63,275 bases of DNA, filler included, from Rhabdomonas costata (GCA_019059605.1; 47 parts of 47 records of this genome joined end to end with filler, not necessarily neighbours in it); one strand, 5' to 3'; shown: positions 13,066 to 25,280, counted from the first letter of the whole stretch. Made by a program: numbers and translations. Notes: generated by a model not told the origin, from the letters alone.

Positions 13066-13581
13066 TAAATGGCATCCGGGGCAGCTACTAATAATCCGGC
13101 CCACTCCAGGGCCAGCGTAAAGTACTCCTGGGCTCCACTCTGTGATATGCTAAGCTCCGTCCGAAAACATAGGCTCATATGCAGGCCGGCAAAGGTACAA
13201 AAAGTGCTCATCCAGGCCCTTGGAATGGCCTTAAAAGGGTGCAAAAACCTTCAAGACACCAGCAGGGCTGGGAAGCTGGATGACTCTTGCTTCACCTATG
13301 AAAACCTATCCTACCAAACGGACGATGCTACCAAAACGGAGTTGTAAAAAAAAAAACTCGACAACACAAGAAAAAACCCAACANNNNNNNNNNNNNNNNN
13401 NNNNNNNNNNNNNNNNNNNNNNNNNNNTTAATTAATTAANNNNNNNNNNNNNNNNNNNNNNNNNNNNNNNNNNNNNNNNNNNNTGGTGGTTTGGTGACAG
13501 GGACCGGGTGACCGGGTGTTTGCTTAGGAACAGAGCAGTAGGACAACAAAGTACAAAAAACGAAGAGAGAAGAGGACCGCC

Positions 13582-13608
13582 CGAAAAAATGATTACACTC
13601 AGTAATGT
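13582..13608 (-). other. Spliced-leader-exon-like sequence, copy 1 (ACATTACTGAGTGTAATCATTTTTTCG)
   Basis: Shares the CTGAGTGT core, the TTTTTTCG 3' end and its length with the Euglena gracilis SL exon as recalled. 24/26 identical to the copy at 58804-58829. Confidence 0.75.
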
Positions 13609-14238
13609 CTAAAAAGTTTGAAAAGTTCGTTTTTTATTATGTATTTTTAATTTATCTGGGCCCTTCGTAAAAGTTTGCTCGCCCTATGACCCATCCTACC
13701 CAGTTTCAGAGGTCCCTGCTATCCCCTTGCGTATAAATGGTTGTTAGTTTTGACCGGGGCTCTTCTTCAAAAGTTCCTTTTGTTGGTTGTCGGCAAGCAA
13801 CGGCAAGTATTAGACCTTCAATGTGAAATTCAAGTTCTCATCTTCCAAAGATTTAACCTAATTCTCACCAAGCTCTGTATAAGAACAACGATGGCAGTCA
13901 TCGGTGTGTGACAAGATTCTGGAGCTTCTTCTTCTGGGGCAGTCAAAAACCCGGCGGACGATACCGGACACCCAGTTGCCAGATATAGGGTGCTCGTGAG
14001 GGGAAGTGACCTTGTGCACTTGAAGGCAATACCAATCCATGCAAAAGGGACGTTTGCACCAGATTAAAAAAAGTAATGCTCCGATGCTGACAAAACTCTC
14101 TCAATGCCTTTTTCACAGCTGCGTTTTCCAGCAAGGGAGTCATTCTGATCGAGAACACCAATTCCAGCACAGAGACTTTGTCCGGAGCTTAATGGGGCTC
14201 CATCTCAGTGACGTCAGCCAGCTCACAAACCGTCAATG

Positions 14239-14451
14239 TCACACCACAGCAGCCCCGCCTTCGGGGGGACGATGGCGGCACAGCAGCGCCATGCGGCTTT
14301 CCTGCGACTCGGCCCGTAACTCCTGCAGCACTGCTCTGGCCTTTGGGTTGCACACTCGCTCCAGAGCATCCGCGGAGCTTGCTGCCTCCCACAACACTCG
14401 CTCCAAGTCCACGGCATCCGTTTGTTTGCCGTGCTTCAAGAACGACAGGAC
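14239..14451 (-). CDS. Probable terminal exon, hypothetical protein
   Basis: aag|VLSFLKHGKQTDAVDLERVLWEAASS...AAVV*, with GC-rich, exon-like composition. Confidence 0.45.
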   Translation of the reverse strand, partial: VLSFLKHGKQTDAVDLERVLWEAASSADALERVCNPKARAVLQELRAESQESRMALLCRHRPPEGGAAVV

Positions 14452-15960
14452 CTTTGATAGGATACGTGTGCGCAGACGCATCCACACAGAGCGATGCAGA
14501 GAACAACCACAACACGGACCAGGCGATGTGGCTCATGGTATCGAAGACAAGAAAAGTCCTAACAGCCCTGATCACTCGTTTTACGCTCAGGTGGGCTATA
14601 TTTTGGATTTCGTTCAGGTCACATGAAATTGTATTATAGCGAAAACTAGCAAAGTGTTGCTAGTTTTGGAAATTGGCGTGGTACCCCTCGTAGAATCTCC
14701 AAATAATCTCAAGGCGGACAAGATAGCANNNNNNNNNNNNNNNNNNNNNNNNNNNNNNNNNNNNNNNNNNNNTTAATTAATTAANNNNNNNNNNNNNNNN
14801 NNNNNNNNNNNNNNNNNNNNNNNNNNNNGGGTGGGGTTGAGGACGGAGCTAGACATGTCGCTGTTCTAGCTCTCGGAGTTCGCGTGGTTCGGAGAGAGTG
14901 GTAGGTAAGAAGAACACACAGAAAATGGGGTGAGAAGAGAAAAAAGCAGACAACGGTGGTTGGTGCCCTGGAAGGAAACGAAAAGCGGTGGAAGGGGATT
15001 GTCCAGATTGGGCGATGGAGCGTGATTAATGGATTGATGGAAGCCTAAAGGAGCCAGAAAAAAATAATGTTGCCTGAGTGAGGCGGCTTTTCGGGGGGGG
15101 GGGCAATGAACAGCATGCCTCCTGCTCATCACTTTCAGTATTTATGCATTGAATTATCGGTTCAGAAGACGTACCGCCATCAAAAAAATAAATTATCACC
15201 TGTCATTGATCACACCGAGATCATACCGGGTATAGCTTCTATTCCAGTTCACCCTGCCCACTCACCTCAGTGCATGGGTTTTGTCAGCGGCTCACTTTTG
15301 CATGACTGAAGATTTCAGCGGGCAATCTCAAAAAAAAAAAAAGGATCGAATTCCCCGTTCCCACCGACAAGCCTCAGACACGCAAGGGAAGCCCGCGGGC
15401 CCATGCCGGTCAGGGCATTGGTTGCGTAGCATTCCGCCTCTTTCCCAGCTCAAAGTAACACTAACTCAACAACGGCAAAGCCACACATGCAGAGAGTGTG
15501 TGAGAATGTGAGAGCAGTGGTGCCAATGCTGGGAAGGGTAGGGGTTGGTAGCTTGCGTAGCATTCTGCCTCCCAGGTCAGGTGTAAGAAGGGCAACAGAG
15601 CCACACTCGCACCCACACAGAAAAGAAGAGAGCACTGGTTCGAGCGTAGTGCTAGAGCTGGGAAGTAGCGAGAGAAGCCAACACTTTTGACGTCCCAACA
15701 GAGAGGACAAGAAAGGAAAAAAACGAACCCGAAACAATGCAAAGCTAACGCAGAGAAGGAGACATGGGAATGGGGGGGGAGGCAAGTATCACCTGCAAGA
15801 AAAGAAAACCTCCAGGAAAGGACGCTTACTCAGGTGCGAACTCGCTGCGCAACAGCAGTACCGCAACCCCGGCCAGCAGAAATCGGGAAGCAACAGTACG
15901 TTACCCCGTCGACGTGAAAGGCACCCCTCTGCCCACAGCGGCGAGATTCCTGGGGCCTGC

Positions 15961-16054
15961 TTAGAACAAAGGGCGATACTCGGATCCGTGGGCGTAGAAG
16001 CAGCTCTGCCCCCGCCAGCATGCAGGGAAGTATCTGCAAATCGTCTCTGGGTTC
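15961..16054 (-). CDS. CCCH zinc-finger terminal exon
   Basis: cag|NPETICRYFPACWRGQSCFYAHGSEYRPLF* gives C-x5-C-x5-C-x3-H. Confidence 0.7.
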
Positions 16055-16511
16055 CTGCAAGCGGAGATCAAACACAANNNNNNNNNNNNNNNNNNNNNNN
16101 NNNNNNNNNNNNNNNNNNNNNTTAATTAATTAANNNNNNNNNNNNNNNNNNNNNNNNNNNNNNNNNNNNNNNNNNNNTTTTGTGTTGTGCAGCTAAGATG
16201 AGCTTGCCGTTGAGGAGCATACAAAACTGAAATGGACTTTTCCAAGCGAGAAACCTATTTCTTCAGTAAAACCCTAGCTCAGTTTGGGTCATGGAGCCCT
16301 CGGGAATTAGTCAATGCGACCTTGGAGCCTGGATCAAAATCCAATCTGATGGTTGATATCCGGTGCGTGCCAATGAACAGCACGCAGAACACGAAGAGGG
16401 ATACACGGTGTCGTTGCAGGGACGCGTTCCAGCAAGCTTGCTGGCACCAAAGCTCAACAACCCATGAGTCAGATGAGTCAAAAATCACAGACGCACAAGG
16501 CCGGAGGCTAC

Positions 16512-17395
16512 CTCGTACGTCTGAGTCACCACGGTCTCGCGGGGCACCGTGCGCTGCACCACGCGGTCCACCGTCACGGGGACCTGGCGGGTGACCTCCT
16601 TCACCACGGGGTAGGGCTCGTTAATCACCACCTCACGGGTGAAGGGCTGCGGCACCGGGATGGTCTGCACGCACTGAAGTGCAGTCATACAAAAGGCAGC
16701 AACCCAACATCCAAACGAAAGCACCGGAATTACACGAACCGAAATAAAAAATCAAAATTACCCGACAAGAAGGAAACAGCAGATCGAAATAAAATGTGCA
16801 TGCCTTCTTCTGCACAGGCACGGGGATCTCCACATCCTTCGTGACGATCTGCTCCACGGGCACGGGGCAGGTTTGAGTCACGACCTGCTCAACCTGATAC
16901 GGCACGTTGACGTGCTGCACACGCTCCACGGGAACCTGAAGCACCCCCGCCGCCCAGAAAACACCAGCCGCTTCCAGCTCCCATTATCCCGCAACCCTCA
17001 ACTGAAGCGAAATTATCGCAGCATTACGAGTCCCGAATGAGATTAAATGGTTGGAAACAGCGATAGCCACAGCGCGAGACCCGGCGATGTGATCTGGAAA
17101 CGCAATCCCCGCTTGAGGAGCGAGGCGAGGGTTCCACTGCTACCAGTCGTAACGGTCATCATTGGTAGCAGTTACCACCCCTCCCCTCCCAACATCGGAA
17201 CAACAAGTAAAGATCAGCTTGAAGCATGGAAAGCATCTGCCCCAAGGCAGACCTGCACTTGGCGGGTCACGGTCTGCGTCACGCGCTGGGGCACGGTCAC
17301 CGTGCTCTGCACCACGCGCTCCACAGGGTACGGTACCTGGCGGGTCACGACCTTCTCCACGGGCACGATGCGCTCCCGCTCGATCACTTCAACGA
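16512..17395 (-). CDS. Articulin (pellicle protein, VPV repeats); exons 17395-17253, 16935-16804 and 16673-16512
   Basis: V/P-rich repeats of about 12 aa: VPVEKVVTRQVPYPVERVV, VPVERVQHVNVPYQVEQVV, PYPVVKEVTRQVPV. The frame is conserved across both introns. Confidence 0.92.
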
Positions 17396-18179
17396 CTGAA
17401 CGTACAATAGAGCGGAAAGAGAAAGCNNNNNNNNNNNNNNNNNNNNNNNNNNNNNNNNNNNNNNNNNNNNTTAATTAATTAANNNNNNNNNNNNNNNNNN
17501 NNNNNNNNNNNNNNNNNNNNNNNNNNGCCCGGGGTCAACGCGCGAGCGGGAATTTTTTTTGGTTGTGTGTATGTGTCGCTCTCCTCCCCCTCCCCTTCTG
17601 CCTCCCCCTCCTCTTCCTTTCCTCCCTTTCCTCGTCCGTCCCTCCCTCCTTCTCGCTTTTGGCTGCGGGATCAAACCGTGTACTCGCCTTGCCGCCACTC
17701 GGTGGCAACACTCTTCCGTTCAGGGCGAGACTGACCGCTACGATGTCGGTCTCCAGCTGCACCACGGCGGAACAGAGGCGTCTCATTGCGAAGTAATAGC
17801 CTGGGAATTTCGCTCGGGCTACTTCTCCACCTGGTTTAATTATCCTGCACCCCCAACTGTGAAGGGAAAAACTTTGCCTATCGCCGATTGTCCTCACACG
17901 AAGTGTGTGTGTGTGTGTGTGTTGGGCGCATTGCGCGCTGGCTGTTGCCCGGTTGCCGGGTTGCTTGGTTGTTGGTGACCACTGGTGCACGCGCTGTTGG
18001 CTGTTGTGTGTGTGTGGATCGTGGATCTGGATCTGGACAGCATAAACGGCTATGATGAGGAACCGGAAACGAATAATTTACCCTATTGCGCAATGAGGCA
18101 GCGCTCAGGTTACATCCCGTCATTTCCACTTTTGTCAGCCCGCCAGCATCAGCAAGCGCGCGCACATTCACTAACACAC

Positions 18180-18425
18180 TTGGTCAGGGCCTTCAGCTTC
18201 CAATGGGCGGCCCGGATCCGGATGTTGGGGTCGGGCTGCGGTGTCGGAGGGGCCTGCTCATCGGGATCTAGCCCACTGTTAAGCCAATACTGTCGCTGCT
18301 CCTCGTTGAGCCTCTGCAAGTGCAGCTGGTGCACCTGCTCCTCCTCTGCAACCGTCGCGGAGACCGCCGCCAGCCGTGCCGTGGCCACCACGGAGAACGA
18401 GAGCAGGGTCCACCCCGAGACCCGG
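18180..18425 (-). CDS. Exon of a hypothetical protein (5' boundary uncertain)
   Basis: GC-rich open frame ...AEEEQVHQLHLQRLNEEQRQYWLNSG...WKLKALT ending at a gtgtgt donor. Confidence 0.45.
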
Positions 18426-18951
18426 TAGGCACTCTTTTTTTATTTGTATCAGTGCACACTAGAATAATAAGAGCTGGCGAAGTAATAAACCGCTCAACCT
18501 CAAAAACGCCTGGAAAGCAGGGGTGATCCTTCACGGGATTCAGGCATCCGTATGCTAAACATGTAGATTCTGTCCTTTTGGTTACTAACAGCAGGTACAG
18601 CGGGGGCAGCAACACACGCATACAGGGGTTATGTGCGCGAGCCAGATGAGCATATGACTAGAGGGACATAACAGCGCAGATGCATTAATGGGAACAGAGC
18701 CAAATCATTTTCAGTGAATAACGGGGATGCAAGTATCCGCTCGCTCAAGTGTTACCCCCTCCACCCCAACCACANNNNNNNNNNNNNNNNNNNNNNNNNN
18801 NNNNNNNNNNNNNNNNNNTTAATTAATTAANNNNNNNNNNNNNNNNNNNNNNNNNNNNNNNNNNNNNNNNNNNNGGGTTGGGTTACAATAAAACTCGATT
18901 ACCGTTCCCGAAACCCGACCACCTAAAAAGGAGTTCCTGCCGCCCTCCTTC

Positions 18952-19631
18952 TCAGTCTTCTACCGGGAAGCCCTCTTGTGTTGCGAGGGCCCTCTGCTCA
19001 GCTTCCAGGGCTGGGAATGTGGCCTCAGTCTCCCTTCGGATCTCGTCGGCCTTCGCCGCCAGCTGGGCATATTCCTTGTGAGCAATGTCACACAATGTGA
19101 GGGGAGAGATGGTCACCACATAAACCAAGTGTGGGTGAGCAGTTGACTACCATCCTGCATAAAATTACGCGGATTGCATGAATTCTTCACTTCACTTTCC
19201 CACATATAACCCATGCGCCCCCGACCTGCACTTTGGCCTTCGGTAGGGCCCTCCACATCTGCGCCAGCCTGCAGTTGATCTGCTTATCGGACAGCTTCTG
19301 AGCTCGGAACTGCTCCCGGAGATCTGGGCGGTGGGCAACGGGACAGTGAACGGAATTACCGCAGAGACGACTGCAGAGGTATTGCAGACTTCTCGTCAAA
19401 TAGGGGCACCTGCCTTTCTCTAGCGTTTTGCGCGACGACACACAAGGATTTTCTTCCAAAGAGTGGAATGCGCACAAGCTAAGCTCCGGTGTTTCGCAGG
19501 CGATTCGCACAAGGCCATCCTTCTTATCCTTCCTCTCCCATCCTTTGCTTCCTTTGTTGGGGGAGGGGTTAAAAATACCATGGGCAAACCACAGGAAGGC
19601 GTGGGTCTTGGCGCAAACATCGGCAAAGGGC
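18952..19631 (-). CDS. HMG-box protein (exons 19631-19579, 19323-19226 and 19074-18952)
   Basis: Spliced AFLWFAH|DLREQFRAQKLSDKQINCRLAQMWRALPKAKVQ|EYAQLAAKADEIRRE reproduces the three HMG-box helices. Confidence 0.8.
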
Positions 19632-20416
19632 CTTTTTGAAAAAAAAAAAAGGATGGAAGAAGCCTCATATTCACCAAAAACAACTAGAACTGATTTCACG
19701 AGGAAAAGGAACGACCGGGCGCCCCAGTGGCAGAGGCAAGAAAATTAACGAGACGAGACGGGACCAGCGACGAGGGATAGATAACACAAGCAGGCAGAGA
19801 AAAAGAGAACGAGGGAAAAGAGCAGGAATAGGAATGGGAGGCATACTCCTGTTTTGCAGCGTGCTTTAGGTGCTCCTTGGAGTCCGCTTCCAGTCTCTGC
19901 TCCTTAGCAAAAATGCGTGCATGGAAAATCTTTCGTGTGTAGGAGGAAGCCTGTGTATCAAAACCTATGTGAACATCTTGAATACGCGAATACTGTTCTC
20001 ATGGTTTCTTATTGCTAATGTTGAGGGACTGCCTCCACCAGACCTAATGTTGGGGCAAAGGGGCGACTCCGGAGCCGGGAAGTCTAAAAGAAAACTTTTA
20101 GCAAAAAATAGCAATCACAAAACNNNNNNNNNNNNNNNNNNNNNNNNNNNNNNNNNNNNNNNNNNNNTTAATTAATTAANNNNNNNNNNNNNNNNNNNNN
20201 NNNNNNNNNNNNNNNNNNNNNNNGTGTGGTGGTGAGAATATCAAGGAACAACCAAAGGACTTAACGTCATCCTTCCTCAGGAGGGGAAGAGGGTGCCAGC
20301 GACGTTTTGAGTATTTTTTTTGTGGAAAAGCCGCTGGGCCTTGGTTTCGATGGTGAGCTGGCGACGTTCCTTGCCATCCCTTTTTGCTTTCCAGTTTGTC
20401 CTCTGTCACTTCCTAG

Positions 20417-21334
20417 ACAGTCCAAAGCAGAGACCTCCAGCGAGCGCTTCGAGGAGGCTAAGAAGATCAACCAGTCCCTGCTGATGCTGGTAAGTATTGA
20501 CTGCCTCACCTATCGCTCCCTATTTCTTATTTTCTGTCTGCCCTGCACCGTAGAGGCATAGAGGTTGCACAGAGGTTCGCGTCTGTGGCTTCAGCCGAAG
20601 CAGCCCTCTCCCTCTCTTTTCTGGCTGTTTGGCTCAGTTCCGTAATGAAATCCCAAAGGCCTGAAGGGGCCCCACCTGAATGATGGACCTCCAGAAAAAA
20701 GATTCCTACTTAACCTTGGCCAAAGGCAAGGGTGAGTTTTCACGTGTGGTGCGTGCCCCTGCGAGCTTACTTGAAAAAAGGGAAGGAAAAACTGTCTCTC
20801 TTTTGATCTCTCTTCTAATTTTGACAGATTACAGGTTAGGAAAGGCATTGCACCACCGAAAGTAAGACATTGGGGCATTTCCGACCACCGTGTGATGCCA
20901 TGCAACTCAGACGGGTCATTTCAGATGCCGCTTATGGCACCTGCCTGTCCGCATCCTGCCCAAACGGATGCTATCGCGATTGGATTGAAAGCAAACCGTC
21001 ACTGTTGGGTGGTTCTGCTTTTCCAAAAAGAAGATTAGTAAGAATTGTTGCGGAAAACTAAATATATGCGGCGTTTCCAAAATTCTGTTCTTGCGCATTA
21101 CCTCGCGCCCTCCTCTCTTACAAGGGCCGGGCGCTGAACACCTTTGCGGAGGGCAGCACGGAGTTTGTGCCGCTGCGGGAGTCCAAGCTGACCCGGTTGT
21201 TGTCTGAGAGCTTCGGGGGCAACGCTCGGACGTGGATGCTGGCCTGCGTCAGCCCCAGCGCGTTCAACTACACCGAGACCATGTCCACCCTGCAGTACGC
21301 CCACAACGCCAAGCGAATCCTCCACAAGGCAAAG
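20417..21334 (+). CDS. Kinesin motor domain, C-terminal part (exons 20417-20489 and 21125-21334)
   Basis: EAKKINQSLLML|GRAL...PLRESKLTRLLSESFGGNARTWMLACVSPS...ETMSTLQYA. Confidence 0.96.
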
Positions 21335-23108
21335 GTGCACGGGAGGGTGATGTGCTTGTTTGCTTTGCCCGGTTTTTCTTGGTTGACCGGTTATTCGTCT
21401 TTTCCATAATATCATGTTGGGGTGTGTATGGCTGTGTGGTGTGCGTGTTTGTGTGACCCCAGGACACACACCNNNNNNNNNNNNNNNNNNNNNNNNNNNN
21501 NNNNNNNNNNNNNNNNTTAATTAATTAANNNNNNNNNNNNNNNNNNNNNNNNNNNNNNNNNNNNNNNNNNNNTGTGTTGTGTTGGAGCGTGGTGTGGGGT
21601 TGAGCAGTGCTTCGAGTCGGGTGGGTGCTGTGTTGGGAAGTTGTGGGTCCGGTGTGCAGGTGTTCCGTGTGCCGTGGTGGTGCTTCTGATGCTATGGGGG
21701 GTCGGTGCTAAGGGTTCCATGTTGGGTAGTGGTACAATGGGTGGTGATGGGCGGAAATGCAGACCAAAAGTCCAGGCGATGTTTGTCTTCGGCATTTCCG
21801 AGATTTCGAGGATTTCGGCCAAATTTATGGTACACAGGTCAAAATTCAATGACAAGCAAACGTTGACGGGAAGGCACGCTGAAGCCAGACTAGTGCACTG
21901 CTCGTTCTCCGTGCTGGGTTCTATCGGTGCTGGTGTTTCTCGATCTATGCAAGGGGTTGGGGTTGAGGTGTGCTTCAGTGGTGCTGCTGGGTTTGGGTGT
22001 CCACTGCTAGGGGTTTCGGCTCTTCTGTCTGGGGAAGGGTGTACAGTTGTGGTGTGGCTTCTCACGGTGGGGTTGTGGGTTCTACCGTCTCACTCGCTAC
22101 TTCTGTGCTCCACAAAGTATCAAAGTATCGACGATCGCTCCCAGTGTCCTGAGTAGTACGGGAGAGGTGATGTTGATATCGTGGTGCTACTGTCGATGGT
22201 AGTGGCAGAGTGAGTGAGAGGGACCGGTGATGAAGGTGACCGGATGTCAACAGTGACCCTGAGGCAACCATCTGAAGTGAAGGCCGCAGCAGGCCGACAT
22301 GCACCAACAACGTCACTCAACCTCTCACTCCAAGATGCCTCAACCCACGTAGCAATGTGAGTGACTTCAACCACCTCAGGAACCATGATTGAGGGGAGAT
22401 GAGAGTGAGAGTGAGAGAGGCAGAGGGGTCATGCGTAACCCTGATGCCACCACTCGACTTCTTACCCCTCACAGTTGAGAGGGATGTTGTTGGAGCGGGA
22501 GGGAGGGCCCTTGCGACCCTTACGGCCCTTATGTTCGTGAGGGACCGACCTCCGGGTCGCTTTTTTCATCCTTTGTTGTCGCCACTGCTGAGCTGAAGGG
22601 CGAGAGTACTCTTGCTGAGCACGCCCTAACCCAAATCCTTCATGTAAATTGTCTGTTTCTTTTTTTCACTGAGCTCCAGCCTTTGCAAAACTCCTGTGCC
22701 GCAGTGGTGCAGTGCGCCACCAACCTAAGCCGCTCCCAGCACTCCCATGGTACCTATCGGTCGTAGCCGCTGCCAACAGCGCGTGTGCCGTTGTTTTTCT
22801 GCCTGCATGTACCCAACAACCNNNNNNNNNNNNNNNNNNNNNNNNNNNNNNNNNNNNNNNNNNNNTTAATTAATTAANNNNNNNNNNNNNNNNNNNNNNN
22901 NNNNNNNNNNNNNNNNNNNNNGGTTGGGTGGAAGAGCTGGCCTGTTGCATTGCAGGCACGAAGCTGCAGGATGAGCTTGCGCTTGACCCCAGAGCGCTGA
23001 CAAAACGTTTGCATGTTTGAACGCTTCAGAACGATTGCAACCTTTACATCAATGTCTTCTCAAAAAAAAAAAAGGACCTCATCACAACCTTTTGGGAGGA
23101 GAACGCAC

Positions 23109-23962
23109 CGGCGCCGGATGCGCAGGAGCTGGCAAAGCGGCACTGGTGTCCTCCTCTTGAGTGTCGTCCCCATCTTTTGCATCCTCCGCATCCTCAGCCT
23201 TAAGCCAGGCCCACGCATCGACACCACGTTTCTTGGAGCAATCAGCAATGTAGTCGAGCAACTCATCTACACAATATTGCACAACAGAAAAGTTCACACC
23301 TGAAACAACGAGAAACGGTTTATTTGAAACAGATCAATGAGAATAAAAAACCTTCGCTGAGTTGGTTTGTGTGCAGCTTCTCAAGTTTGGATATTTTTGA
23401 CGACCCCGGGTCATCGCCCATTACCACAAAGTCCGTTTTCCCCGAAATATTTCCCCTGAATCAAAGGGCAAAGGGCAACGAAGGAATTGCACCAACCAAA
23501 GGTATCAAAAAAGGAAGAAAAAAAGAACATACCGGACGGTGCCCCCATGTCGTTTGACCAGATCTTCTGCCTCTGTGCGATCTAACGACTCAAGTTGCCC
23601 AGTGAAGACAAAGGTCTTTCCCTCCAAGCAGTTTTCCGCTCCTCGAGGAATGGCCTTGCTTCCTGGATTTTTGGCGCTGTGGGTGATCCGCGAAAGACCA
23701 GGAAACCACCGCTTTTTCGGCGGAGGCGCCGATCCACCTTCAGTTGATTCGCCGTTCTTGGCCTGGTGCAAGAGGCGAAGAAGGAAAACGAGAATTGAAG
23801 ACAAGCAATGAAACAAAGTGGCAAAAAAAAAACCTTGGCACTTTCGTGCGGCTTCTGCGCGTCTGGCGTTCCCACAGAAGTGCTTCGGGGCCTTTTTCTT
23901 GCTGGAGAGACATGGGAAGAATCTTTCGGAGGCTCAGTGGGAACAGCAGTGTGGACGTCCTT
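23109..23962 (-). CDS. RFC1: Replication factor C subunit 1, BRCT region (exons 23962-23834, 23762-23533, 23455-23352 and 23266-23109)
   Basis: GSKAIPRGAENCLEGKTFVFTGQLESLDRTEAEDLVKRHGGTVR|GNISGKTDFVVMGDDPGSSK...LSE|DELLDYI is the RFC1-type BRCT signature. Intron phases are consistent. Confidence 0.92.
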
Positions 23963-24300
23963 CTGCGTTTTGAACATAAAAAACTCCATGTGACATGGTG
24001 CAGACAACTAATTATGAGAGGAAAGCAATGCACACCCCAGGCATCGACGGGCTTGAATGAGCCGGGATAAACGCGGAAAGCGACGGTTGCTGTGAGGAAA
24101 CAGTCTTCACACGCCTTTCTCTTCTTGTAAAAGGTTACGCTGCTTTAGGGGCGAAGGCCAGCGGCCGTATNNNNNNNNNNNNNNNNNNNNNNNNNNNNNN
24201 NNNNNNNNNNNNNNTTAATTAATTAANNNNNNNNNNNNNNNNNNNNNNNNNNNNNNNNNNNNNNNNNNNNGTGTTGGGCGTGTTTGGTGGGGGGGTTCAG

Positions 24301-25280
24301 GGCGCCGCGGCACGGGGCGGGCTGGAGGCCGCGCTGGCAGACCTGTGGGTGACCCTGTGGGCCGGGCTGGGCGAGCTGGGGGCCGCAGATGAGATCTTCA
24401 CGTGGGCGTTACAGCAGGGGTGCTCGGCCTTCCTATCTCCCCCTTCCACCTCTTCTTCTTCTTCTTCCAACGTTTGAGCTCTGTGAAAAGGTATTTTAAC
24501 CCACCGAGGTACCGTTCTAAGCCACCCCCCAGTCGTCAACGAGGTCAGCAAGCCTGTGGTCTCGGTGAAAAACTGCCACACGCACACACTCACGCACAAA
24601 ACACATTCAAGCCAAGAGCCCAGATGTATCGATCACGAGAAATGTTTCGCTCTCTGTTCCCCCAGGTTCAGGTCTGAAGCCCGGGGGGGTAGAGGGGAGG
24701 GAAGGTTGATGCTGCCTCCCGCGGAGTTCAATTGGAGCATGAGTTTGACTGATCGCCCTTCAATTGTGATGGATAAAGAAGGGTTCAGCGGCAGCTGTGC
24801 ACTGCAGGGGATACAACTTTTTCTCTGCTTTATCAACCAGGACATGGACGGTAGGGCAGAGTGGGTACCTGTCTTCTGTTCGGTTGCACCCTTTGCTATT
24901 CAAGCACACAAGCATGTTGCGGTGGCTGCTGTTTGTACCCCAACCAGCCCTGGCTTTGAAGTATTGGTCTGCACGGAGCTCCCGTGGGTTCAGCCGTCTG
25001 AAGCAATGATGCGGTTGAAGTTTTCTGCTGTTGGGGCACCGTTCCCTTCCTCAATGCGGTGTGGACAGAGGTTACCTTATTTTCGTCCGTGCCACCGATG
25101 CCTTCTTTGTGTTGACTATTATTTTCAGCCATAACTTTGCCGCGGAGACTTTAGAGGTAATGATCAAGGTCTACCTCGAAAGCTTGAACTTCGAGTTGCT
25201 GGAGCATGCCCTCCTGCTGTGGGCAACGGAGGCCTCCACCAAAGCCAAGGGCGTGCGGCCCACCACCGAAATGGCGCATG
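24301..25280 (+). CDS. PPR-like helical repeat protein (exons 24301-24419 and 25129-25280)
   Basis: ADEIFTWALQQG|HNFAAETLEVMIKVYL...KGVRPTTEM resembles the PPR periodicity (G..P...T...I..Y). Confidence 0.5.

Noticed and set aside
22228-22280. Box C/D-like GTGATGA...CTGA...CTGA
   Set aside because: No identifiable rRNA guide or terminal stem; such short motifs are expected by chance.
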